From: Macrostomum lignano | Taxonomy: Eukaryota | Direction: 5' to 3' | Length of the DNA stretch: 64,000 nucleotides | Assembly: GCA_002269645.1 (NCBI GenBank) | Contig: NIVC01000022.1 | Coordinates: forward strand, 62,001-126,000 | In this document: positions 19,115 to 31,179 of the stretch, one piece after another | Position numbering within the stretch: the first letter of the stretch is position 1 | Layout: each line of letters starts with the position of its first letter | Notes under the pieces: model-generated | The model's input: only the letters and a program-made list of their open reading frames with translations | Told to the model about the DNA's origin: nothing | Databases searched by the model: none | Position numbers and translations under genes: made by a program

Positions 19115-20194
19115 TTTGCACCTCTACAATATAATCTACCAATCCGTCTGTACATACAGCGCCCATGATTGGATATTGTACCGCAGTAAAATTCTGTTGC
19201 CTGTTGTATCCCCTTTGACCATCAAAATTAGAAATCAAATGGTGGCTAGCCGAGTGACCAAGTTAAGCAGACTCGGCCGCGGTTAGTACGCAAACTGAAT
19301 AGGCTGCTGCTTGTGTCGCGCCTTGAGACTCCATATGTTGATCAATAAAAGCAGCGCAAGCGAAGTCAAGAGCAGGCGCAGTCTGGCCATAGACTATAGA
19401 ACTGCACCAGCTCCCAGTCTCGTATTGAGCGTCCTTTTCCTATTTTGGCTGGCCAATTTCCACGATTAGTTTTTGTCTATGGCCAAGCCATGCATCTGCG
19501 CGCCAGAGACTTCGCTAGCGCTGCCATTTAGACTGTCAATTGCGATATTAGGCGATGTACTTTTCTGTTAATCCGTCCTCAAAACTGTTAGTTGCTGAAG
19601 TTTAATCCGTCCCTTTTTTAAACTTTGCTTTCTTAATCACGCCGTCAAATTGATACGTAAAAAATGCAATTGTTATTAACTGTTACGCTTAATAAGCCAG
19701 TTGCCTGTTTCTATGCTGGCTGCTTGATGAGTTGCTTTCTGATTAACAAATTGTTAATGATTTCATACTGCATTCTTGTACGCGTCTTCTAACATTCAAG
19801 TCTGTCTATATTATATATTTATATGCATGCTATATCAGTTTATATCGATGCTGTGACACATTCCTATTTGCAGTTCGCAAACTTTTCTTGCACATTCCAC
19901 ACGGCTTTACTATTAGTAGTTTGTTGCAGGCGGCAAAACTTGTTACTTTTTTATTATTATTATTACTTGTTTTGAGAATTATATGCTACTGATAAGAGCC
20001 TTCTTTGCCTAGCGCTACTGATTGGCACTTGCGAATGCAGAGAATGTACTCGTAATATTATAACTGCATTGGGCAGCAGCTTTGCTGTGATATGTGCCGA
20101 GACACTCCAACCTGCCTCTTCTGTGTTAATCAGATTTAAGTTTTTAAGATTTAAGTAGCTTAATTTGATCTTTTATGATTACATCTACCTCACA

Positions 20195-20520
20195 GTTGCC
20201 GGCCAGCCTCCTAGATCCCCAGTTGCTGGGCCAGCCTCCCAGATCCTCAGTTGCTGGGCCAGCCTCCCAGATCCTCAGTTGCTGGGCCAGCCTCCTAGAT
20301 CCTCAGTTGCTGGGCCAGCCTCCTAGATCCTCAGTTGCTGGGCCAGCCTCCCAGATCCTCAGTTGCTGGGCCAGCCTCCCAGATCCTCAGTTGCTGGGCC
20401 AGCCTCCCAGATCCCCAGTTGCTGGGCCAGCCTCCCAGATCCTCAGTTGCTGGGCCAGCCTCCTAGATCCTCAGTTGCTGGGCCAGCCTCCCAGATCCCC
20501 AGTTGCTGGGCCAGCCTCCG
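20195..20520 (+). repeat. 28-bp satellite family A, locus 2, upstream of ADAP
   Basis: About 11 copies, same unit as 12125-12645. Confidence 0.95.
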
Positions 20521-20748
20521 AGAACTTCGGTTGATAGGCACAGATCCCTATTTTTTGTTGCAGTAATAAAAAAGCAAGTAATTCAGTTCTACGGCACCGA
20601 TCTCTGCCTTGCATTTTGATTTTACTGTCTTTTGTGCTCTCGAATTTAATGCTTGAAAATCGATTACTTCTACTTAAAGTAGCCGCATACGCATCAGGTT
20701 GTGCGAATCTTCTAAATTCTAAATATTAACTGGAACAGCACGCAGCAA

Positions 20749-23700
20749 ATGGCCACAGCCGGTCCGATCTCGGCCATCCGCTCGTTGGCCGAGCGCCCAG
20801 AGAACAGCCGCTGCGCCGAGTGCCTGGTCTCGCCCACCACCGTGGCCAGCTTGGACACGGGCGGCACCTTCGCTTGCAACGCCTGCGCCATCGCCTACCG
20901 AAAGGCCGGCCTGCGCACCAAGTCGATTGAGCGGGACCGCTGGCAGGAGGCTGAGGTGGCCGCGATGCAGGTGATTCAGTGATCAGCTTTTGTATTTATT
21001 AATAGCCTCTTCAGACTTTTAGCTGTAGGCTGTGTCCTATTTTTAACAATAATTATCCTGTTAATTGCCCACCAGTTTATCTCTTTTTTACCTTTAAATT
21101 TGATCCTTAGTCGCCTCAAAAATCGCCCCTCATCACCTCCAGAATCGCCCCTCATCACCTCAATAGATTCGCCCCTCATCACCTCAATAGATTCGCCCCT
21201 CATCACCTCCAGATTCGCCCCTCATCACCTCCAGAATCGCCCCTCATCACCTCAATAGATTCGCCCCTCATCACCTCAATAGATTCGCCCCTCATCACCT
21301 CAATAGATTCGCCCCTCATCACCTCAATAGATTCGCCCCTCATCACCTCAATAGATTCGCCCCTCATCACCTCAATAGATTCGCCCCTCATCACCTCAAT
21401 AGATTCGCCCCTCATCACCTCAATAGATTCGCCCCTCATCACCTCAATAGATTCGCCCCTCATCACCTCCAGAATCGCCCCCTCATCACCTCCAGAATTG
21501 CCCTTCATCGCCCAGAATGCCCCCTCATCACCTCCAGAATCGCCCCTCATCACCTGGACAATCACTTTAATCTGTCTCAGGAAATCTCAAATCTCCTAAA
21601 GTATCACCCTTTAATCGTCCTGCAATCGCCCCTAATCAGACCATCCCGATCCCGCACTTTCCCGTCCAGGGCAACCTTGCGGTGGCGCAGCAGCTGGAGC
21701 GCAACCTGCCCGCCTTCTACCGTCGGCCGCTGCCTCACGCCGATGCCGACGTCATCCGGCAGCAGTTCGTGCTGGCCAAGTACAAGCGGAAGGAGTTCAC
21801 GGACCCCGCCATGCAGGTGAGCTGCGCTGCTGATGCAGGTGGACCGTGAGATGATTGCTGATTGGGATTTTCATGATTACCGATTGGGATTTTCATGATT
21901 ACCGATTGGGATTTTCATGATTACCGATTGGGATTTTCATGATTACCGATTGGGATTTTCATGATTACCGATTGGGATTTTCATGATTACCGATTGGGAT
22001 TTTCATGATTACCGATTGGGATTTTCATGATTACCGATTGGGATTTTCATGATTACCAATTGGGATTTTCATGATTACCGATTGGGATTTTCATGATTAC
22101 CAATTGGGATTTTCATGATTACCAATTGGGATTTTCATGATTACCGATTGGGATTTTCATGATTACCAATTGGGATTTTCATGATTACCTATTGGGATTT
22201 TCATGATTACCGATTGGGATTTTCATGATTACCAATTGGGATTTTCATGATTACCGATTGGGATTTTCATGATTACCAATTGGGATTTTCATGATTACCA
22301 ATTGGGATTTTCATGATTACCGATTGGGATTTTCATGATTACCAATTGGGATTTTCATGATTACCGATTGGGATTTTCATGATTACCAATTGGGATTTTC
22401 ATGATTACCGATTGGGATTTTCATGATTACCGATTGGGATTTTCATGATTACCGATTGGGATTTTTATGATTACCTATTGGGATTTTCATGAATACCGAT
22501 TGGGATTTTCATGATTACCAATTGGGATTTTCATGATTACCGATTGGGATTTTCATGATTACCGATTGGGATTTTCATGATTACCGATTGGGATTTTTAT
22601 GATTACCTATTGGGATTTTCATGAATACCGATTGGGATTTTCATGATTACCAATTGGGATTTTCATGATTACCGATTGGGATTTTCATGATTACCTATTG
22701 GGATTTTCATGATTACCGATTGGGATTTTCATGATTACCGATTGGGATTTTCATGATTACCGATTGGGATTTTCATGATTACCGATTGGGATTTTCATGA
22801 ATACCGATTGGGATTTTCATGATTACCGATTGGGATTTTCATGATTACCGATTGGGATTTTCATGAATACCGATTGGGATTTTCATGAATACCGATTGGG
22901 ATTTTCATGATTACCGATTGGGATTTTCATGATTACCGATTGGGATTTTCATGATTACCGATTGGGATTTTTTAATCCTGCTTATGCATGGAGTATATGG
23001 ATTTTTTCTAAATTCTGCAGGTTGTGGTCAGAAAATCAGAGGATTAAAATAAACCAATTTGAATTCCAGGTGGCCTATCACAGACTCGGTGGCGGCGGGT
23101 TCTCAAAGGAGGGCGCCCTGATGAAGCGGCTGAAGGACTCTGACAAGTACCTGCCTAGGCATTTTGAGCTGTCAGAAAAGAACAATTATCTGCGGTATTT
23201 CGTTAAGGACGGACAGCGAGAGGCGAAGAACACGATCCCCATTGATCAGGTGAGCGGCTTCTCATGCCGTGTCTTCTTGCCGCTCATGTCAGTATCCTTT
23301 GTCAGTATTAGGTCTGGCAATTTCATAACCAGCAGCCTAGAAGAATCGCCCCCAATGAGCTTTCATAACCAGCAGCCTAGAAGAATCGCCCCCAATGAGC
23401 TTTCATAACCAGCAGCCTAGAAGAATCGCCCCCAATGAGCTTTCATAACCAGCAGCCTAGAAGAATCGCCCCCAATGAGCTTTCATAACCAGCAGCCTAG
23501 AAGAATCGCCCCCAATGAGCTTTCATAACCAGCAGCCTAGAAGAATCGCCCCCAATGAGCTTTCATAACCAGCAGCCTAGAAGAATCGCCCCCAATGAAC
23601 TCCCATAACCTTCCAGGTGAACGTGACCATGCTGGGCTCCGCAGTGGACGGGCACCCCAACCTCATGCAGATCATGTTCCCCCAGGGCAGCAGGACCCGC

Positions 23701-24201
23701 AGTCTCTATGTGTACCACGACGAGGACCAGGAGATCATCAACTGGTACAACGCGGTCCGCGGCTGCAAGTACTATCGCTATCAGATGTCGCTGCTGTCAG
23801 CTGACGAGCTGCGCCAGCTGACTCTCACCTACGACTTCATCATCTGCGACTGGCTGTGCAAGACCGGGCCGAACCAGACGGAGGCCTGGAAACGGCGCTG
23901 GTGCTTCCTGCTGCGCCGGTCGATCTTCTACTTCACCAACTTTATGGAGCCGCTGGCTAAAGGCGAAATCTGGCTGGGCGAGCGGCCCGGCTTCTCCGTG
24001 GAGTCCGGGGCGCCGGCCAACTTCAAGAAGAAGCCGGTTGGCCACATCTTCACGCTGCGCACGCCGGACCGAGACTACGTGTTCTCGGCCGAGACGCAGG
24101 ACGCCTGCAGGCGCTGGATTTATGCCATTGACGAGGTGCTGGACTCGCAGCCAACTCCGCAGGACTTTTTGTACTCAAAGACTAGGAGCAACTCGGCCTA
24201 G
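20749..24201 (+). CDS. ADAP1: ArfGAP with dual PH domains (centaurin-alpha), 4 exons, 377 aa
   Basis: Exons 20749-20970, 21670-21816, 23070-23249, 23617-24201, all phase 0. Zinc finger CAEC..CNAC-x4-R, AKYKRKEF, PH1 (KEGALMKR...WYNAVR) and PH2 (KTGPNQTEAWKRRW...RRWIYAI). Length and domain order match ADAP1/2. Confidence 0.88.
21120..21560 (+). repeat. 24-bp minisatellite, ADAP intron 1 (ATCACCTCAATAGATTCGCCCCTC)
   Basis: Period 24 (21241 vs 21265). Confidence 0.95.
21850..22970 (+). repeat. 22-bp minisatellite, ADAP intron 2 (GATTACCGATTGGGATTTTCAT)
   Basis: Period 22 (21901 vs 21923), about 50 copies. Confidence 0.95.
23320..23610 (+). repeat. 40-bp minisatellite, ADAP intron 3
   Basis: Unit AAGAATCGCCCCCAATGAGCTTTCATAACCAGCAGCCTAG, period 40; the last copy merges into the acceptor at 23616. 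Confidence 0.95.
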
Positions 24202-24310
24202 GGCTCCTAGCACTGGATTTGAGTCACCTAACTGCTTACATTCCCATGGCTTGCGCTTTATTGTCCCCATTCTGTCTACAGTTGTGCGGCTTACGCAGGA
24301 GCTTACCTCC

Positions 24311-24625
24311 CCTAGCAACTGAATTAGCAGTCCTGGCACTCATTCAAATACCCTAGCAACCGATTGGCGTCCTTAGAAACCATATTTATATCCCCAGCGA
24401 TCATATTGGCATCCATAGATAGAAACAACCTGGGCACCCTTGACGACACATCTCTGCATGGGCGTCTCGAACACTAGCAGCCCTAGCAACCCTAGCAACC
24501 GAGTTTCACCCCTAGCAACCGAGTTGGTTTCCCTAACAACCCGGAGCGGTATCTCTGGAAACTGAATTAGTTCACCTGGCAACTAAAATTCCGCCCTAGC
24601 AACCAAACTTTGCTCCCCTAGCAAC
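24311..24625. promoter_or_regulatory. Cluster of CCTAGCAAC (RFX/X-box half-site-like) motifs
   Basis: Seven exact CCTAGCAAC (24311, 24352, 24482, 24491, 24511, 24595, 24617) plus CCTAACAAC and CCTGGCAAC, irregularly spaced. Function is inferred only. Confidence 0.45.
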
Positions 24626-26540
24626 CGAGGCTCTGGAGAAAAAGAATTGCCCCAAGTATTTCTGTCCCTGACAGTTTAGCCGCCTACCGTATAAAATTCC
24701 CCTGCGTTGGCCGCAGGCTGTATAGAAAATAGCTTATAAATTAATTATTATTAGTAATCATGCTTTACTTTGCTATTTCATAAGTCTTCGCACTACTAAT
24801 TTGACTCGATTAATAAATTTTAAGCAAAGCAACTGGCTTTTATATGTTGAATAGCTAATTAATTAGTTTCCTCATTAACTGCAGCGCTATAATCAGCAGG
24901 TTAGATCTAAGTGCTTCCACACTGCAGGCTCCTGTCTATACATTTCCGCTCTTTTTAGATGCCTGGACCTACGGGAGGTTTGAAAGAATGATGCCAAAAT
25001 TTCTACAATTCCTTCTTAGCGTTCCCTTTTTCTACAAAACACTGTGTTACTAATTATTGTGTTTACATATATTGTATTCATCTGTGTATTTAAAATACAG
25101 TAATTGCTCCCAGAGTTTCACTAAATTCTCCCCAGCTAAGAGTACATTTCTTATTGGCTGATTTTGTACATTTCTTTAATTTCTGGCCAAAACCAAATCT
25201 GCCGTTTCTTTGCGGTTCAGTACTGACAGTAGTATAGAAAGACTATGCGTAGGTTATGCAAGCTAGCTGTGTTTTTTGCATTGTATAAATATGCTTTGAC
25301 AATTAAATGTTTTATTGCTGACAAACAATATCGGCTAACGTACATATTTATTCACATACGAAATATGATTTGCTATTCGGCATCCAATCCTGAGAACTGA
25401 TCTTTTGTCATTTTTATACACTGTTTATTGCGGCTGCCTTAAAATCGAAATTCAAATTTATTTATAACTTTTATTGCTGACATTAGATTTGCCGTGTTGC
25501 TTATTGTGCGTGACATTTTTCAATATGTAGTTGTGTCTGCACCGCTCACTGTTTTTAATTTAAATCAAAAATAAAATCTGCGACTGGTGTGAATTTTCTC
25601 TCACTCCGCATGAACTGGATAAAATATTGCGACTTATGCGCCGAATCCTTTTTGGTCTTTGCCACCTTGAGATGTACTTTTATGCGCACTCTTGCAAATG
25701 TTTGTGCATTTTGTGACCATTCCTGTGAGCTACATGCTGCACTTACCTGCTAGCTACCTGTTGCTCGGTATTGACAGTCGTGAACTAAGCTCCAATTTTA
25801 AAGTAAATCAACTGTTATTTGACCTGTTAGCCTTCAAAAATGTAAATGCCCTACCTAACCTCATTCTCTCGTATGAGTGCGTATAAGCCAAGGGTATCCG
25901 TATACTGTAGTAACCTTCGTACATCTAAAATTCATTTGCAAGCTGCATCTAGTCAAGCTAGTCGCATAAGCAATGTTTAAAGGATGCATAATCAGCACTA
26001 TAATTTAAATTTGTTCCACACTTGTCGATAGTTAGGGATTCTTCGCATTCACACAGGGGCGTAGTAAAGGCATACAGTGGTTCTTGAGTAAACGACAAGT
26101 CATGAAACCTCTGGCCAACAGAAATTCAGAAATGACTGCACACTCGCTTTGTGACTTTACTTACTACATTCCCTGGCACTATTGATTATGATCATTTCTC
26201 TATGCCATTGAATTCTATTCTCGCGGCCGCGGCTGACTCGTGATTAAAAATACATGAAGACAATGTTCGGTTTACACGAATACCGCGCGAATATTATAAA
26301 TTATAAATTTATAGTGCTTTAAAACTTTTTTTTATTCGATAAGACTTTATTATTAGAGTTAATTACGTTAAAACTGTTGACTGTCATTAAATGACACTGA
26401 GGCACCGATTTAAATTGAAAGATAAGCTAATTTCCTGAAGTTGTAGAATTTGTAAACGACAAAGAGAATTCGTGTTTCACTTTGTAAATCTTTTATTTAG
26501 ATTGAATCTTAAATCCTATATCCAAATTTTAAGTACAGTT

Positions 26541-29500
26541 ATGAACAGACTTGTTATTCTCGCCATCTTCACTGTTTTCGGATTTGCAGCTGCTGTGAAA
26601 CCTAAAGTCACTGATAAGGTAAGGCATGAATTTTTTCTATTCTCTTAATTGCAAGCCGAGTTTTTTCGCTGACGCTAGCATGCTAAATCGCACCCAAAGA
26701 CCCATTTAAGGATGCTATTTGGAATTTCACGATGTTAAATAACATCCCTATCGCACAATAAAACCTATAAAAAAGACTAGATTAGGCCTACCTAGCCTAG
26801 CCTAGGTTTTTTTCCTGGCCCTAGCCCTAGCCCTAACCTAGGCCTAGCGGCTAGCCAAGGATGCAAAATTGCATCCATGATCTAAGGTCCAATTTTAGGA
26901 TGCAATTTGGAAAGTCAGGATGCTATAGCATCCCTGACCCTATCACACAAAAAATATCTGAATTTCAAGGATTTAAACCATCTGGGCCACAACTCTTTAA
27001 TAGGGCCTACTACTAGGCTACTACTACATATAGTTCATTCTTCATTGCTTTTTTTGTCTGTAGGCTATGTATTATAAGTATATGATAACTTCTTTTTATA
27101 TTAATTAGAGCCTAATTATTAGAGAAGACTGCAATTTCTGGCAATCCTCTAGTTTTATACAATTAATTATTTTTTAGAAAATAGCAACTTTGTTAAATTT
27201 GAACTCCCACAAGTGCTAGGGTCAGGATTGTGTACTGCTGTATGCCAGAACAAAAATTGCTTCTGTAGCTCATGTATGCCTATGTATACCAACAAACTTA
27301 TATACATAAAAATATGCCAAAAATAAAAATTAGGCCTACAAATTATGACCAATATGCAAAAATTGCAAAGCTTGCAAAATTTTAATATTTAAAAAATTTA
27401 TGTGTTAAAACTGGTATTTTTTTACTCAACTGTATAGAAATAGTTCATTTTAACTATTTTTTTATTACTTTTAACTTCTTGGAAAAGTTAAACCCAGTTT
27501 TTTATTTAGTTTTCTATTTTTTGTAAAGGGCTAGCTTTTTTGATCAAAATTTAGCTACTGTAACTATGTACATGGAGAGTATACCAAATGTAAGTTTAAT
27601 CATTTTTGAATGCTAATTGTGTAGACCATAGTCAGGAAGGTGTCCTATACATTGGAAAATTCCAGCGTGCATTTACATTAGATAAATTTTGGCGTACATT
27701 ATTGGCATGCAAATTTTGGTACACCAAAATGATTGGCGTACCTATTGGATAGCATCCTTGTACGCCGTACAAAGGGTTATTGCTCAAATTGCTTTGTTGT
27801 ATCGTGATAATACAATACTGAAATATGTGAAGTCAAAAAAATTGATATTAAAAATCTTTTTTTAGTTATCTTACTTTTTTATAATTTTATGCTCAAGGGA
27901 AAATTTATTTATAAAGTAAATTTGCAAATATAATCTAAAATCCCCTTGCTTTTAATTAGTAAAATTTTTACTTTGTTTATTAACACTCATTTTCCGCTAT
28001 AGTTTAAAAAAATATTAATCGTAATTTTTTGGCGTACAATTTGGCATACCTGTAGAGTTTGGAAAATCTAGTTCCGAAAGATCGGCGTACATCAGCCTGC
28101 ACATGAAGCCTTTCCTCGACGTATATTCCAGGGTGTATGGGACACCTTCCTGACTATGGTGTGTAGATTGATTGGGACTTGGAACTTTTGGTCCCACCTG
28201 CTGTTTTAGCAATCTCTATATGCTAAGCTATATGCCAAGAAGGCGTAATAGGCCCCTCTGTATGCCAAGTATACCACTCTGGATTCTGAGAGATTCTTGT
28301 CTTGCTTGCTTTCCTCAGCAATCTTGATTGTCAATCTTGAGTAACAACATGTTATAACAAACTCTTCAACTTTGTTTAACTTTATTTAAACTTCATTTAA
28401 AATTCATAAAATTGGAAAAATAATTAAACATACAAAACTAGAGGATTGCCCAATTTTTATATTGATCTATTTAGTATTCCATATTTAGTCTATGAATCTT
28501 TTATAGTATACCAACCTTGTATATAAAATTGAAATCATAATATACTATTGTATAGATATGAGGGTCAGTCAAAAGTCAAAATGATAATTTTGTTCTGGTA
28601 AACATTTTCCTTTAAATAAATAAATTATACATCTACATCTTACATCTTTTCTAAAACTTTTCTATATCTCCCTCTATGGTTAAACACTTCTCCACTTCTT
28701 CATGCGGTGTTGCCATCCTACCAGCCCATTACTGTAAAATTCAAGAGGCTGTGCAGCAAGCCATCGTGTAGTGGCCCTCTTAGCCACATTTTTGCCCTCA
28801 TACTAGACTCCCTTGATGGCCTCCTTTAACTTTGGGAAGAGGAAGAATTCTGAAGGAGCCAAATCAGGGCTGTATAGAGGATACTGAATGATTTCCCAGC
28901 AAAATTCTTGTAGAGCTTTGCAACAGAGCCAGGAGGTGTGGGTTGGTGCATTGTCGTAATGAAAGAGGACTCCCTGGTGTAGCTTGCTAGGTTGCTTTTT
29001 GGTCAGTTCTCCAACTATCACCAAATTAACTAGTTCCCTATAAATCTATTTCAAGTCAAAGTAGTCCCATTTACATACCTTTTTGGTGTTTTATATCTAA
29101 TCTTGCTTATTTTAAATAAAAGGTTGTCGTAGGGCTCCTGGGTAATCTATTAGAATCCCACTGATGTCACTAAAAATCTGTTATAGGGGTATTTATGGGA
29201 TTCTTGGGATTTCTGAAAGATATGCTAGTTTTATTACTAATAGGAGTAAGCCAATGGTTGCTCCTGGTGGCGTGAGTGTCCGAGCGGCAAGACACTGTCT
29301 ATATATTAAAACTGTCTGAGGGAGGGCTACGCGGTGGATCAGAGTTGCCTAGGGAATTATCGCACAATGGGATTTTCTAATGACTAATAGGGAATGATTT
29401 CATGGGGAAAAGTTTGCTCAATGGAATCGCTAAGGGGGGGGGGGCTAAGATTTCTAATAGTTAAACTTCAAAGTAGTGGAACGAAAAACTGGGACAGTTG

Positions 29501-30957
29501 GGAGTTAGAGTTGGGCCAGATAACTGGGCAACAGTAGGTCTGGGTAGGGAGTTGGCTGAACTCCAGGTCAAATTCTGGGGTCTGGGGGTTAGGGAAGGAG
29601 AGAGAGAGACGAAGCTCTTGTTCACTGGGGAAAGGGGATGAGGGAATTACTGTGCATGTCTGTGAGGTTGGAGGGGGAAAGGCTGTACGCTTATAGCTGA
29701 ACAGATCCTCCTTGGGGAGAGGGGAGAGGCTGTACGCTTTGGCTGAACAGGCCTTGAGAAAGGGCTGAGCGCCCAAATAAGGAACAGTGAGTCAGGCAAT
29801 GCCCAATTAAAACCTTTGTATTAGCCAACCTCTTAAAGGAGAGTGGGCCACACGAGGAGTATGTCTCTCCTGACATTACAATTGCTCGCTTATATAATAT
29901 ATTTTGTCAAAATGTCGGAAAATTTTAAACAAACATTTTACTAGATAACAATTTTTTACTAATATTTAAGTGCGCATTTATATTTTTAAGCAAAAGAAAA
30001 CATTATACAAGCTCACATATTTTATGATATTAAAGGCAGAAATTTAGTCGTGAAAGCAACGAAGAATAAGGTGTTAAGATGCATTACTATATTAAACTGC
30101 CTGTCTCAAGGTTAAAGTTGGAACTTTGTGCCATTGCATTGCCTATGCCATAGGCTAAAATTAATGGAAAAGATACAAATTATAAAAAAAACTTGGGTAA
30201 TTTTATTTTTACTTTAGCCTTTGTCATGGTAAAAGTTATTATTTATAGTTTCAAGGGAATTAGAGAAGCTGCTTAGCTTCTCACTAAAGTTGCTACTTTG
30301 ACTAGTGTAACTATTGTATTTCACTAGATATATTAATCATAGGCCTAACCTTAGCTTTCCTTTAATGAGCAATGGAGTAATTTTAATATGAAATAATTGA
30401 ACTATGATTATATTTGTTAATGCACTGTTTTTTATTTATACTTGTAAGATTTATATTGTATCTTATTTTTATAAAATTTCTACTGTTTTGCTCACTTGAA
30501 GTTCTGGATCGTTTAATGAAGACAAGTCACTAGCATATCAATAGTTTTATTTTTGCATGATAATCAGGGCATCATAATATGGTCTATTACTTATAGTTAG
30601 ATATGGGGCTGAGACCTCGCCTCTGGTGCTCTCCCACAGGTGTACTTTGACATCAGCATCGGCGACAAGGATGCCGGCCGCATCGTGATTGGCCTCTTCG
30701 GCGAGACTGTCCCGGACACCGTGCGCAACTTCAAGTCCCTCGCCGAGGGCTTCGAGGCCAAGTCTGGCGAGAAGCTCGCCTACAAGGGCTCCAAGTTCCA
30801 CCGGGTCATCAAGGACTTCATGATCCAGGGCGGCGACTTCACCCGCGGCGACGGCACCGGCGGCAAGTCCATCTACGGCGAGCGATTCCCGGACGAGAAC
30901 TTCAAGCTGAACCACTACGGCGCCGGCTGGTGCTCCATGGCCAACGCCGGGCCCGAC

Positions 30958-30989
<32 letters not shown>

Positions 30990-31179
30990 GCGCACCGACT
31001 GGCTCAACGGGCGCCACGTGGTCTTCGGCAAAGTCCTGGAGGGCATGAGCGTTGTCAGGGCCATCGAGAACTCGCAGACGGACGGCCAGGACCGGCCGAA
31101 GCAGCCGGTGGTCATCAGAGACAGCGGCTCCCTGCCGGTGGACGCCCCCTTCGAAGTGGAGGCCGCGCCCGCCAGCTAA
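26541..31179 (+). CDS. PPIB: Cyclophilin B (secretory-pathway peptidyl-prolyl isomerase), 2 exons, 205 aa
   Basis: Exon 1 26541-26618 ([26 protein letters not shown]: signal peptide plus KVTDK, donor gtaagg) splices in phase 0 to exon 2 30640-31179 (VYFDISIG...[23 protein letters not shown]...[17 protein letters not shown]...GRHVVFGKV). Confidence 0.93.
27626..28159. mobile_element. Non-autonomous DNA transposon (MITE), CCATAG termini, 8-bp TSD
   Basis: TIR CCATAGTCAGGAAGGTGTCC(T/C)ATACA at both ends; TGTGTAGA duplicated at 27618-27625 and 28160-28167; internal TTGGCGTACA repeats. Confidence 0.8.
28556..29030 (-). mobile_element. Degenerate mariner transposase 3' fragment
   Basis: HYDNAPTH...[17 protein letters not shown]; TIR-like TA-TGAGGGTCAGTCAAAAG at about 28557. 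Confidence 0.8.
29125..29880. mobile_element. Possible solo LTR or other retroelement fragment
   Basis: Starts TGTCGTAGG and ends CCTGACA(TTACA); internal TATA-like and ATTAAA motifs and short direct repeats; GC-richer than flanks. No TSD found. Confidence 0.25.

Noticed and set aside
20809-20885. GATA-type zinc finger (CX2CX17CX2C spacing)
   Set aside because: Flanks, the x4-R finger, the downstream AKYxRxEF motif and two PH domains identify it as an ArfGAP domain.
26790-26860. Telomere-like CCCTAG/CCCTAA run
   Set aside because: Only a few irregular copies inside a transposon-rich intron; better explained as CTAG-rich decayed sequence.
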